Assembly (NCBI GenBank): GCA_018830005.1
Contig: JAHJTE010000001.1
Location: 449,332-513,331 of the forward strand
Source of the DNA: Candidatus Omnitrophota bacterium
Lineage (GTDB): Bacteria > Omnitrophota > Gorgyraeia > JAHJTE01
Direction: 5' to 3'
DNA: 64,000 nt
This document shows, in pieces, positions 39,701 to 49,562 of this stretch. Numbering within the stretch: position 1 is the stretch's first letter; each line of letters opens with the position of its first letter. Made by a program: the position numbers and the translations under genes. A model generated the notes under the pieces. The model ran no database searches. It had not been told where the DNA came from and saw only the letters and a program-made list of their open reading frames with translations.

Positions 39701-41362
39701 ATGTTTAAAATCCGCAAACGCAAAATTATCTTTATTTCTTTAGCTAGTTTGTTTTTTGTGAGCCTTTTTACTTTGTCTGCGCTAGCTGCTGATAATAGCA
39801 GGCAAGATGATGCAATTTGTGTAGCTTTTTTAAGCGGAATCGGTTGCTCGCATTGTGCCAAAGTAGATCCTGTCTTATTTGTTGAATATACCGCAAAATA
39901 TCCAAATCTAGTAGTTATAGAATATGAGATTTATAAATTGCGAGCCTCTAATCGCGAGATTAGCGATGAATATTTCAAGACCTATCTTCCCGAGCGCAGA
40001 AGCGGCATACCATTTTTAATACTTAACAAAGAACAAACAGCAGTTGGCAGTAGCAATGTGTTTAAGCTAGAAGAGCTAATAAAGGGATCTTCTTCGAATA
40101 AGTGTCCTTTAGCAGATGGTTCCTCAGTTGATTTAGCTCATTTGGATATCACGAATCTGCCAGGTGAGGTAAAGTTCTGGACAAAGAATAGAGTTTTAAT
40201 TTCGGGAGAAGGGGGCCAGGGGCGGATATTAAGAAAGATTCTAATTGAAAAAGACATATCCTCTGCTTTGAGGAACGTTAAGTTTGTTAAGATAGATCCT
40301 GTAACTGTAGAGATATCAGGTGGTGAAATAAAATTTGATAATGCAATAAAGATAGGTAATTGGATTTTGCAATGGAGAGGAGCACCAATAAAAGCAGGGG
40401 TTAGCCAATTTGGCTTTGTATCAAATCCCATATTCTGGATGTTAATTACTTTCCTTCTGCTCATAACGCCGTTTTCCTTATCCAGAATTCGAAAGTCAAA
40501 GAAAGACATACACTTAAGTCCAGAGCAGGCAAGGAAAAGGAGGGATTGGATTATCGTTGCAGTTGTATTGCTTTCTTTGTTTGTTTTCTTCATTTCAGCG
40601 CGTGATATCCAGCCGGATTTATTAGAGCGGACTGGCTATAAGATGCCACTACCTATTTTTACTTTCATTATTGCCTTAATCGATGGGTTTAATCCCTGCA
40701 ATATGTTTGTTCTTACCTTTCTTCTGACGCTGCTTATTTCAGCTTCTGATTCAAAGGCGAGAATATATTCTGTTGGTTCTTGTTTTGTATTTGTAGTATT
40801 TGTCTTTTATTTTTCATTCATGGCTTTATGGTTGAATATCTTTAAATACATCGGATTCTTAACGCCGCTGCGAATCACAATAGCTATTATTGCACTAGTT
40901 GCAGGACTTATTAACTGCAAGGAGTTGTTATTCTTTAAAAAAGGCATTTCCCTTACTATAGGAGAGCAACACAAAGGGCCGCTCTTGGTAAGAATTTCCA
41001 GAATGAAAGATATAATCCAGAAAGGCTCGCTTCCTCTTTTAATAGTCTCTTCAATTACCCTTGCGGTATTCGCCTCTTTGGTTGAGTTGCCCTGTACTGC
41101 AGGATTTCCTATAATTTACACCGCTATATTATCTGCAAAGGTATTACAAACTAGCCTTATCTACTACGCCTATTTGTTTTTATATAATTTAATATATGTA
41201 ATTCCACTAGTAGCAATAATTGCAATATTCGGACATACCTTGAAAGCGAAACATATTACTCAAAGACAGGTACAGCTAATAAAATTTATGGGTGGGATAA
41301 TAATGATTCTGTTGGGGATAATTTTATTAGCTAGCCCGAAATTGATTGGAATAGGACTATGA
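39701..41362 (+). CDS. Thioredoxin-fold + CcdA/DsbD-like membrane redox protein
   Basis: CSHC; DGFNPC; VELPCTAGFP. Confidence 0.8.
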   Translation: MFKIRKRKIIFISLASLFFVSLFTLSALAADNSRQDDAICVAFLSGIGCSHCAKVDPVLFVEYTAKYPNLVVIEYEIYKLRASNREISDEYFKTYLPERRSGIPFLILNKEQTAVGSSNVFKLEELIKGSSSNKCPLADGSSVDLAHLDITNLPGEVKFWTKNRVLISGEGGQGRILRKILIEKDISSALRNVKFVKIDPVTVEISGGEIKFDNAIKIGNWILQWRGAPIKAGVSQFGFVSNPIFWMLITFLLLITPFSLSRIRKSKKDIHLSPEQARKRRDWIIVAVVLLSLFVFFISARDIQPDLLERTGYKMPLPIFTFIIALIDGFNPCNMFVLTFLLTLLISASDSKARIYSVGSCFVFVVFVFYFSFMALWLNIFKYIGFLTPLRITIAIIALVAGLINCKELLFFKKGISLTIGEQHKGPLLVRISRMKDIIQKGSLPLLIVSSITLAVFASLVELPCTAGFPIIYTAILSAKVLQTSLIYYAYLFLYNLIYVIPLVAIIAIFGHTLKAKHITQRQVQLIKFMGGIIMILLGIILLASPKLIGIGL

Positions 41363-42162
41363 AGAAGATAGCTATCTTAATTTTAATTTTTGCAATTTTA
41401 ATCTCTGCATTAATATTAGCAAAAAATTTGATAGCAAAAGGAGCCATAACTGCTGCGGTTAAGGCCGTAACAGGCCTTCGTTTAACTATTGATAGCTTCA
41501 ATGTTGGAATACTTAAGAGCAATATCAACATTGAGGGCTTGATGCTGTATAACCCAGAAGGCTTCCAAGATAAGATAATGGTTAATATGCCACAGATTTA
41601 CGTTGATTATGATCTGGGTGATTTTTTAAAAGGCAAGGTTCATTTAGAGGAGCTAAAGATACATTTAGAGGAATTGATAGTTATCAAGAACAGTAATGGC
41701 GAGCTTAATCTTAATAGCTTAAAGGTTGTCCAAGAAAGAAAGAGAGAAAAAGAGGCTGCATCAGAAGAAAAGAAAGCAAAGGAAGTCCAATTACAGATAG
41801 ATTCCCTCAAACTAAAAATTGGCAAGGTTATTTATAAAGATTATTCAAGCCCACCCCGTGTGCACCTGAGAGAATATAAGGTAAATATAAATGAGAAATA
41901 CACAAATATTACAGACATGCGTACGGCCGCGAGTTTAATTATTGTCAGGGCCCTCATGAATACTGCTATTGCCAGCTTAACGGATTTTGATGTGGGATTG
42001 TTGAAGGATAGCGTGGGGGACGTTTTAAGATCAGCAAGTAAAGTTGCTATAGACGCTGCAGGTAAGGTTGTTGATGTTGGTAGAAAAGCTAAAGATACTA
42101 CTAGTGAAGCTATAGGCAAAACCGCAGATAGAATAAAGGATATATTTCCCTTTGGAAGGTAA
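41359..42162 (+). CDS. AsmA-like protein
   Basis: N-terminal anchor, NPEGF, NGELNL. Confidence 0.7.
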   Translation: MKKIAILILIFAILISALILAKNLIAKGAITAAVKAVTGLRLTIDSFNVGILKSNINIEGLMLYNPEGFQDKIMVNMPQIYVDYDLGDFLKGKVHLEELKIHLEELIVIKNSNGELNLNSLKVVQERKREKEAASEEKKAKEVQLQIDSLKLKIGKVIYKDYSSPPRVHLREYKVNINEKYTNITDMRTAASLIIVRALMNTAIASLTDFDVGLLKDSVGDVLRSASKVAIDAAGKVVDVGRKAKDTTSEAIGKTADRIKDIFPFGR

Positions 42163-43002
42163 CTAGGCTATTTCTTTTATCCTCTCGACTACTTCCTTGG
42201 TAGTTGAATCCGGTGTTGATGCCCCAGCAGTCACTCCTACATTCCTAATATCCTTAAACCAGCTTGGCTTCAAGTCTCGTTTTGATTGCACCCAGTAGCT
42301 TCTTGTATTAAGATTTTTTGCTATTTCATAGAGCCTTTTTGTGTTGGCGCTGGTTTTTGAGCCGATGATAATTATGACCTCATTTTTAAGAGGTAGTTTT
42401 TTAATCTCCTGCTGTTTTATTCTCGTTGGCCTACAAATCGTATTAAAAAATTCTGTCTTTTCTACAGTCTTATTTAAGACATCTACAATTTTTGATACCT
42501 TATCTAGATTTTGAGTGGATTGCACTACAACCGCAGCCTTTTTTATCTTGCTGATTATATTGATTGGAATAGTTTTAAGATCATGGATAACTATTGCCTT
42601 GCCTTTTAGTTGACCCATAATACCCTGCACTTCGTCGTGTTTCTTATCTCCGATGATTATGATTTTGTAGCCAAGGCGTTCCATCCTTGCCGCAATCCTG
42701 TGAATCTCTTTGACCATCGGGCAAGTTGCATCTACAATTCTATATCCACATCTTTTAGCCTTTTTGATGGTGTCTAGAGGAGCTCCATGGGCCCGGATTA
42801 GAAGTGTTTTAGCATTACCCCTGCCTATTTTTTTAATCTTTTTTATGCCTGCCTTACGAATCCGGCTTACGACATCTTCGTTGTGCACGATATCACCCAG
42901 CATGTAGGCGTTTTTTTTAGAAGTTGCGGTTTTAAGGGAGATCTGCAATGCGCGCTTGACCCCAAAACAAAAACCAGCAGATTTAGCTATAGTTATTTTC
43001 AT
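42163..43002 (-). CDS. ispH: 4-hydroxy-3-methylbut-2-enyl diphosphate reductase
   Basis: AGFCFGV, IVHN, RAHG, DATCP, TIC, SANT, TAGASTP. Confidence 0.96.
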   Translation of the reverse strand: MKITIAKSAGFCFGVKRALQISLKTATSKKNAYMLGDIVHNEDVVSRIRKAGIKKIKKIGRGNAKTLLIRAHGAPLDTIKKAKRCGYRIVDATCPMVKEIHRIAARMERLGYKIIIIGDKKHDEVQGIMGQLKGKAIVIHDLKTIPINIISKIKKAAVVVQSTQNLDKVSKIVDVLNKTVEKTEFFNTICRPTRIKQQEIKKLPLKNEVIIIIGSKTSANTKRLYEIAKNLNTRSYWVQSKRDLKPSWFKDIRNVGVTAGASTPDSTTKEVVERIKEIA

Positions 43003-43008
43003 ATCTAT

Positions 43009-44058
43009 TTAGTTTCTCAAGAAGAGACTTCCTAGGTATTTCCTAAGCAGCACTTTAAATTTCTTTTTCATTTTTAACTTGGAAAGGATTGAATATGCTT
43101 GCCTAAGTAGAGAGTTGATCTTATTTTGACAGTAGGTGTCAGCCCTGGATTTCTTTAGAAGGGACCTGAATTTTTTTAGGTCTTTATAATTTTTAGTTTT
43201 CTTTTCTAAGAGGTCTTTAAAGATTGATCTATCGTTCCTATTTAAATTCTTAAAAGTCTCACAGACTAGTAAAGTCTTTTTTGATTCTGCCAGATCGCAG
43301 AGTATGGGTTTTCCGATTTCTCTACTTGTAGCTAGGACACCGAGCATATCGTCCTGAATCTGAAACGCCTGACCAAAAAGAATAGCCATTTTTGAAATGC
43401 GGGCGAGTTCTTTCTTTCCTGCTCCGGAGAGGATTGCTGCTGTGAGCAAGGGGGACTCAAATGTGTATTTGGCGGTTTTTAATGTATAATTTAGGAACAC
43501 TCTTTTTTCATTAATGCTAGCAGGTTTCTTCCAACCATCTATTACATCGATGAATTCGCCGATACTTGTAGAAGCAGCAGCCTCTAGGAATTTCCTTAGC
43601 GCTAAATATTTTCTCTTTGAATCTTCTTCTATTGAAAGGAATGCATCAATGCTTAAGGTAAATATAAAATCTCCGACAACAATGCCTAGATTCTGGCCAA
43701 TGTCACTTTCAGAATGAGTCTTTAATTTCGCGTTGAAGAACTTGTGTAATGTTGGCTTGCCGCGGCGTAAAGCCGACTTATCTATAACATCATCATGCAC
43801 AAGCATAAAATCATGTAGCAGCTCAAAAGATAGGCAACAGCGTAGGAGATTCTTATAGGAGAATTTCCTCTTTTTTGTATATCCATGATAGCTGATAAGA
43901 AACAGAAGGGGTCGAATTCGTTTTCCTTTGCCCTGCAGAAAATATTTTATGCCGTTAAAGAAGGTATTTGAAATCAGGCGAAGTTTATAGTTAGCATTAA
44001 CTTCCTTAAGGAAAGAGGCAAGGTTCTTATCAATATCTTTTCTCCATTTGTTTAACAT
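43009..44058 (-). CDS. Polyprenyl diphosphate synthase
   Basis: GKRIRP, HDDVID..RRG, FQIQDD; start placed at ATG 44058 from promoter spacing. Confidence 0.9.
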   Translation of the reverse strand: MLNKWRKDIDKNLASFLKEVNANYKLRLISNTFFNGIKYFLQGKGKRIRPLLFLISYHGYTKKRKFSYKNLLRCCLSFELLHDFMLVHDDVIDKSALRRGKPTLHKFFNAKLKTHSESDIGQNLGIVVGDFIFTLSIDAFLSIEEDSKRKYLALRKFLEAAASTSIGEFIDVIDGWKKPASINEKRVFLNYTLKTAKYTFESPLLTAAILSGAGKKELARISKMAILFGQAFQIQDDMLGVLATSREIGKPILCDLAESKKTLLVCETFKNLNRNDRSIFKDLLEKKTKNYKDLKKFRSLLKKSRADTYCQNKINSLLRQAYSILSKLKMKKKFKVLLRKYLGSLFLRN

Positions 44059-44212
44059 GGTATTAATGTTAACATAAAGGAAATCCATTGACAATCTAAA
44101 TTTAGTTGCAGTAATCCCTTAAATTGATATAATAAGAAAGGTGGAAATTATCTAAAATGTCTCCTCATTCCAGCGGACTGGTATGGGGTTATGTGTTCAT
44201 TGGAGGTGCTTT

Positions 44213-44401
44213 ATGTTTAGATTTGGCATGGGCGAACTTATTGTAATCTTATTGATAATCTTGCTTCTATTCGGCGCTAAAAAACTACCAGAGATTGCTC
44301 GCGCCTTAGGAAAGTCAATTAAAGAATTCAAGAAGGCGGGCAAAGAAATAAAAGAAGACGTCCAAGAAGTGACAAAGGGAGAAGATAAGGATATCTCCTA
44401 A
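44213..44401 (+). CDS. tatA: Twin-arginine translocase TatA/E
   Basis: [26 protein letters not shown]. Confidence 0.95.
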   Translation: MFRFGMGELIVILLIILLLFGAKKLPEIARALGKSIKEFKKAGKEIKEDVQEVTKGEDKDIS

Positions 44402-44407
44402 GGTTTT

Positions 44408-45160
44408 ATGAGGCCTCACCTGGCAAGCTCAATGAATCCAAAAGATTCAACCAATCCAGATAGCTTAGATAAGCCACTTACGTTAGTAGGGCATTTGCAA
44501 GAATTAAGATCAAGGGTTATAAAGTCTATTTTTTGTATTTTAATCTGCTTTGTCTTTATTTTTAGTTATGCCGAAGATCTACTCTTGTTTTTGGTCAAGC
44601 CCATAGGCAGGCTTGTATTTATTGCTCCTCAGGAGGCCTTCACTACTAATATAAAGATCGTCTTTCTGGCAAGCTTATTTTTATCCTCGCCGTTTATAAT
44701 CTATCAGATTTGGAAGTTTGTCTCTGTGGGTTTGATGCCGAGAGAAAGAAAATTCGTATTGATATTCGGACCATTATCCTTTGTTTTTTTTATACTTGGC
44801 GCCGGCTTCGGATATTTTATAATTGTTCCCATAGGTTTGAGATTTCTCCTTAGTTTTGCTACTGAATTTATACCTGCGATGATAACCTTAAGTAAATACA
44901 TATCTTTTTTGGCAACTTTGGTTTTTGCTTTCGCCATAGTTTTTCAACTACCTTTAATAAGTCTGTTTCTTACCAAGATAGGCATAGTTACGCCTCGTTT
45001 CTTATCTGAGAAAAGAAGGCATGCAGTAGTATTTATTTTTATCATTGCCGCAATGCTTACGCCTCCGGATGTGATTACGCAGATTCTAATGGCCCTGCCC
45101 TTATTATTTTTGTATGAGATTGGGATTATTTTTTCTAAATTAGTATACCATTCAGCTTGA
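44408..45160 (+). CDS. tatC: Twin-arginine translocase TatC
   Basis: HLQELRSR, YQIWKFV..GL..E, LTPPD, LYEI. Confidence 0.95.
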   Translation: MRPHLASSMNPKDSTNPDSLDKPLTLVGHLQELRSRVIKSIFCILICFVFIFSYAEDLLLFLVKPIGRLVFIAPQEAFTTNIKIVFLASLFLSSPFIIYQIWKFVSVGLMPRERKFVLIFGPLSFVFFILGAGFGYFIIVPIGLRFLLSFATEFIPAMITLSKYISFLATLVFAFAIVFQLPLISLFLTKIGIVTPRFLSEKRRHAVVFIFIIAAMLTPPDVITQILMALPLLFLYEIGIIFSKLVYHSA

Positions 45161-45220
45161 GTTCCAAACCTTATTCAAGAGATTTAAGGCAGGGGTGAAT
45201 ATAGGAGAATTAAAAATTAT

Positions 45221-45269
45221 TTGACAAATGTATCTCTTTATGTTAGTATATTTGTGATTTTATTCACAA
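45221..45269 (+). promoter_or_regulatory. sigma70 promoter with Rex operator over the predicted start site
   Basis: TTGACA(45221)-17-TAGTAT with extended TG; TTGTGATTTTATTCACAA at 45252-45269 fits TTGTGAA-N4-TTCACAA; rex lies in the operon. Confidence 0.85.
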
Positions 45270-45339
45270 AGTATTGCCATCCCAATTCTTTGAGGTTTAC
45301 AAGGGCAATCCCCAGGCAACAATCCAAAGTTTAAATTTT

Positions 45340-46365
45340 ATGCATTATCTATCTTCTGAAAGCCTCTCCAGATTTTTAGAAATCCTAAAAAATGACTATG
45401 AGGTCTACGCCCCTGTTAAAAAGGGAGATCAGCGTTTTTATAAGAGGTATACTGATTCTGGCGATTCTTTTATAATTGGTGAAGTGCGCTCATTTGAACC
45501 GCTAAAGTCATTTTTCTCTCGCGCCAGGGAAAAGGTTGCGGATGATTTCAAACCTGACATTCCGCATCATCGGGATAGGCCTCTTGCCATCGTAGGAGTA
45601 AAGGCCTGCGATCTAAAAGGTTTTAAGGTCCAAGACCATGTATTCAGAGACCACGATTATGAGGATCCCTTTTATCTTAAGGCACGCAAGGAAAATTTAA
45701 TTATCTCAGCTGATTGTACCTGTGCCATAGATACTTGTTTCTGCCTTGCCATGGGGATTAAGCCTTACCCCCAGGAAGACTTTGATATTAATCTTTCTCA
45801 AATCAGTAATGGTTTTATCGTAGAGGCTGGTTCGCGAAAAGGCGGCGAGCTTATTGACAAGAATTCTGCTCTTTTTGAAAAGGCAAGTCAGGCCTCTATT
45901 ACAGAGCGAGACCAGCAGAGGAGCAGGGTTATTAAGGAAGTCGAAAAAAATATTAAAGATAATTTTATTCCAAATCAAGGGTCTTTGGAAGGGATTATAG
46001 AAAAGAATTATGAATCCGATATCTGGGCTGATGAGGCTAAGACCTGCGTAGAATGCGGTGCATGTAATACTGTTTGTCCAACCTGTCATTGCTTCCTTCT
46101 CTATGACCAGAAGGATACAAGGGCCATGGCGCGTTTTCGTATTTGGGATTCATGTATGATAAAGGACTTTGCAAAGGTAGCGGGCGGTGCTAATCCTAGG
46201 TCAAAACTCTGGATGAGATTGAGAAACAGGTTCGAAAAGAAGTTCGATTTCTTTCCAAGGCTTGCCAATGTTTATGCATGCACAGGTTGCGGTCGCTGCA
46301 TATCTGCCTGTCCGGCAAAGATAGATATAAGAAAGGTTTTAAAGAGATTAGTAAAAGATGAATAA
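45340..46365 (+). CDS. AsrA / sulfhydrogenase beta-like Fe-S subunit
   Basis: GVKACD, CFC, CVECGACNTVCPTCHCF, WDSC, CTGCGRCISACP. Confidence 0.88.
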   Translation: MHYLSSESLSRFLEILKNDYEVYAPVKKGDQRFYKRYTDSGDSFIIGEVRSFEPLKSFFSRAREKVADDFKPDIPHHRDRPLAIVGVKACDLKGFKVQDHVFRDHDYEDPFYLKARKENLIISADCTCAIDTCFCLAMGIKPYPQEDFDINLSQISNGFIVEAGSRKGGELIDKNSALFEKASQASITERDQQRSRVIKEVEKNIKDNFIPNQGSLEGIIEKNYESDIWADEAKTCVECGACNTVCPTCHCFLLYDQKDTRAMARFRIWDSCMIKDFAKVAGGANPRSKLWMRLRNRFEKKFDFFPRLANVYACTGCGRCISACPAKIDIRKVLKRLVKDE

Positions 46366-47173
46366 TCCATACAGGCCTATTGAGGCAGAAGTCTTCGATA
46401 CAATCACAGAGACGCCTACAATAAAGACGATTAGATTCAAACCAAAAGAAGAGATAACGTTTCAAACAGGACAGTTCATAGAGTTGACTATTCCTGGTGT
46501 TGGAGAGGCCCCTTTTACTCCCTCATCGCGACCTTCTGTTAAAGATATAATGGAAGTTACTGTAATGAAAGTAGGCAAGGTTACTGAGAAGATTCACGAG
46601 TTGAAAGCGGGTGATATTATAGGAGTGAGGGGCCCTTTTGGGAAAGGATATCCTTTAGATGAATTTAGGGGAAAGGAAATCTTGGTTGTAGGCGGAGGTT
46701 GCGGCTTTGCGCCTTTAAGAAGTCTAATGTATTCTCTGTTTGAAAGAAGCGATGACTTTAAGAAATTATTCTTTAGAGGCGGCTGTAAAACATCTAAGGA
46801 GTTGGTATATAGAAGCGAGGCAGATGAGTGGGCCAAGAGAAAAGATTTAGATTTGAAACTTACAGTCGACAAAGGTGATAGTAGCTGGAAGGGACACGTG
46901 GGCCTGGTAACGACTATTTTAGATGATGTAAAGATGAATTATAAGCAAGGCATTGCGATTGTTTGTGGTCCTCCCATAATGATGAAATTTGCAACTATGA
47001 AATTGCTCGAAATGGGATTTGAGGAGAATAATATCTATCTTTCTATGGAAAAAAATATGTCCTGCGGCATTGGAAAATGCGGTCATTGTAGAATAGGCAC
47101 TTATTATGCATGCAAAGATGGGCCGGTCTTTCGTTATGACAAGATAAATAAATTCCATGAAATTTGGGAGTGA
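46358..47173 (+). CDS. AsrB / sulfhydrogenase gamma-like FAD/NAD(P)-binding subunit
   Basis: GEAPF, RGPFGKG, GGGCGFAPLRS, CGPP, MSCGIGKCGHC..CKDGP. Confidence 0.9.
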   Translation: MNNPYRPIEAEVFDTITETPTIKTIRFKPKEEITFQTGQFIELTIPGVGEAPFTPSSRPSVKDIMEVTVMKVGKVTEKIHELKAGDIIGVRGPFGKGYPLDEFRGKEILVVGGGCGFAPLRSLMYSLFERSDDFKKLFFRGGCKTSKELVYRSEADEWAKRKDLDLKLTVDKGDSSWKGHVGLVTTILDDVKMNYKQGIAIVCGPPIMMKFATMKLLEMGFEENNIYLSMEKNMSCGIGKCGHCRIGTYYACKDGPVFRYDKINKFHEIWE

Positions 47174-47174
47174 T

Positions 47175-47732
47175 ATGAGTACGAGTGCAGAAGAAATTCA
47201 TCAGGGAAAATTAAATATCAAGTCGGAAAAGGGTAAGGACAAGAGGCTTTTTATCGATCTTGATATCTGTTCTTCAGGTGAATGTAAGGACTGCGAAATA
47301 AATTGTAGTTATTTTTATCATCCAGATAATAATGGCATTATGTCAGTAGCAGAGCTAGCAACTTATGCTCTTGTCTGCAGAAGATGCGAAGAGCCGCACT
47401 GCGTTAATGCCTGTCCTGTCCAAGCCCTGGAACAGGATAAGGATAAGGATAAGTTTTTGATAAGGCATAATATGCGTTGCATAAGCTGTAAGTCTTGCTC
47501 CCATGCCTGTCCTTACGGCACGATATATCCAGAAAATGTCCCTTTGCTAATTCAGAATTGCGATTTTTGTCTTGATAGAAAAAATAAGCCGGATGAACCG
47601 TTGTGTATAAAGACCTGCCCTTACGGTGCCTTGGCCTTGAAGAAGAGCGATATCAAATTGGATAAGGATACTTTTTTAGTAGGTGATAATCTAATAGTCC
47701 ATTCTACACATTGGGATAGGGAAAAGGCGTGA
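47175..47732 (+). CDS. Multi-[4Fe-4S] ferredoxin subunit (HycB/DmsB-like)
   Basis: CRRCEEPHCVNACP, CISCKSCSHACP, CDFC..CIKTCP. Confidence 0.88.
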   Translation: MSTSAEEIHQGKLNIKSEKGKDKRLFIDLDICSSGECKDCEINCSYFYHPDNNGIMSVAELATYALVCRRCEEPHCVNACPVQALEQDKDKDKFLIRHNMRCISCKSCSHACPYGTIYPENVPLLIQNCDFCLDRKNKPDEPLCIKTCPYGALALKKSDIKLDKDTFLVGDNLIVHSTHWDREKA

Positions 47733-48652
47733 TCTATATAATCTATTTTTTATTTTTTGGTTTTCTCTTAACAGCTGTTATCGGACTTCTGGCAAGCTGG
47801 ATAGATAGGAAGGTTACGGCCAGGGTTCAATATCGGGTTGGTCCGCCGATTCTGCAGCCATTGATAGATATCATAAAACTTCTCGGTAAGGAGACGCTTA
47901 TCCCAGGTAGGGCTCATAAGCTAACATTTTTGATGGCACCGGTTATTGGTATCGCGGCTGTTATATTAGTATCGACCTTACTATGGATGAATAATATCAG
48001 TCCTGATAAGGGCTTCCTGGGTGACCTTATAGTAGTATTATATTTATTGGTGATTCCTTCTTTGAGCATTGTTATGGGTGGCTTTGCATCAGGCAATCCG
48101 CTTGCAAGTTTAGGCGCTTCCAGAGAGATGAAGCTTGTATTAGGTTATGAACTTCCATTTTTGCTTGCAGTATTGGTTCCGATTATAAAATCTAATTTTT
48201 CTATTAGACTTGGCGAGATACTAGGTTTTCAGGCAGCTAGTGGTGTTATTATTGGGAGCTTCTCTGGCATCTTGGCCTTTATTGTTATCTTGATGTGTGT
48301 GCAGGCAAAGTTGGCCCTGGTTCCTTTTGATATACCAGAGGCAGAGACAGAAATAATAGGCGGTCCCTTGATAGAATATTCAGGTAGCGCACTTGCTATT
48401 TATAGACTCATGAAGAATATGTTCTTATTTGTATTGCCGTTTTTCTTGATGATATTATTCATGGGCGGGTTTAGATTTGATGGCATACACCTTTTATATG
48501 GTATTTTAAAATATGTTGGCATAGTTGCTCTTATAACAGTTATAAGAAATACTAACCCCCGCGTAAGGATTGATCAGGCGATTAGATTTTTTTGGGGTCC
48601 AATGACTATAATTGCTTTAGTTGCACTTGTCTTGGCATTGTTGGGGAAATAG
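47729..48652 (+). CDS. NuoH/HycD-like membrane subunit
   Basis: DRKVTARVQYRVGP..QP..DIIKL, PFDIPEAETE, EYSG. Confidence 0.92.
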   Translation: MIYIIYFLFFGFLLTAVIGLLASWIDRKVTARVQYRVGPPILQPLIDIIKLLGKETLIPGRAHKLTFLMAPVIGIAAVILVSTLLWMNNISPDKGFLGDLIVVLYLLVIPSLSIVMGGFASGNPLASLGASREMKLVLGYELPFLLAVLVPIIKSNFSIRLGEILGFQAASGVIIGSFSGILAFIVILMCVQAKLALVPFDIPEAETEIIGGPLIEYSGSALAIYRLMKNMFLFVLPFFLMILFMGGFRFDGIHLLYGILKYVGIVALITVIRNTNPRVRIDQAIRFFWGPMTIIALVALVLALLGK

Positions 48653-48656
48653 CAAA

Positions 48657-49079
48657 ATGAGTATGAAATTAAAGGCATTACTGAAATCTCCCTGGGTGTT
48701 TCACCTCTCGACCGGTAGTTGCAACAACTGCGATATCGAGATACTAGACTGTCTTACGCCCAGATTTGATGTGGAAAGATTTGGAATGCTCTTAGCAGGC
48801 AGTATTAGGCATGCTGATGTGCTTTTGGTTACTGGTTCAGGTAACAGAAAATCAATGCAGAGAGTAAAAAAATTGTACGAGCAGGTTCCAAAACCATGCC
48901 TTGTCGTTGCTATAGGAGAGTGTTCTTTGTCTCGAGGTATGTTTATTGACAGTTATAATTGCCCTATGCCTTTGGATAAAATTATACCAGTTGATGTTTA
49001 TATACCAGGCTGTCCTCCTAAACCAGAGGCGATTATTGCAGGTGTAGTAAAATTGATTGAGAAGGTAAAAAAGGGCTAA
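48657..49079 (+). CDS. Group 4 [NiFe] hydrogenase small subunit (NuoB-like)
   Basis: SCNNCDIE, RHADVLLVTG, GEC, IPGCPP. Confidence 0.92.
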   Translation: MSMKLKALLKSPWVFHLSTGSCNNCDIEILDCLTPRFDVERFGMLLAGSIRHADVLLVTGSGNRKSMQRVKKLYEQVPKPCLVVAIGECSLSRGMFIDSYNCPMPLDKIIPVDVYIPGCPPKPEAIIAGVVKLIEKVKKG

Positions 49080-49088
49080 AGAGAAAAA

Positions 49089-49562
49089 ATGAAAAGAGAA
49101 GAAGTCTTATCTGATTTAAAAGAAAGATTCAAAAAAGATATAGTTGATTTTTTTGATAAGCATTCCAAAAGGGTTTATATCGAGATTAAGCCTGAATCAT
49201 TGGTTAAGGTAGCCTCCTACATTTTTAAAGACTTAAAGGCGCGCTTTAATATTGCATCTGGACTAGATGCGCGAAATCATATGGAGATTTTATATCACTT
49301 TATATTAGAAGAAATAAATCTACTGATATCTCTAAGAGTAAAACTGGATAAGTCAAAACTGGAAATAGATTCACTCAGCAATGTCTTTGAGGGTGCGAAT
49401 TGGATTGAGAGAGAAATCCATGAACTTCTGGGTATAAATTTTAGGAATCACCCTGATTTGAGAAGACTTCTTTTGTCAGAGGATTGGCCTGAAGGCGTTT
49501 ATCCATTGAGAAGAGATTATAAAGAGTGGGATAAAAAGGCTATCCGGGATAGGGGAGTATAA
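49089..49562 (+). CDS. NuoC-like hydrogenase subunit
   Basis: ANWIEREIHELLGINF.NHPDLRRL..WP..YPLRRD. Confidence 0.9.
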   Translation: MKREEVLSDLKERFKKDIVDFFDKHSKRVYIEIKPESLVKVASYIFKDLKARFNIASGLDARNHMEILYHFILEEINLLISLRVKLDKSKLEIDSLSNVFEGANWIEREIHELLGINFRNHPDLRRLLLSEDWPEGVYPLRRDYKEWDKKAIRDRGV

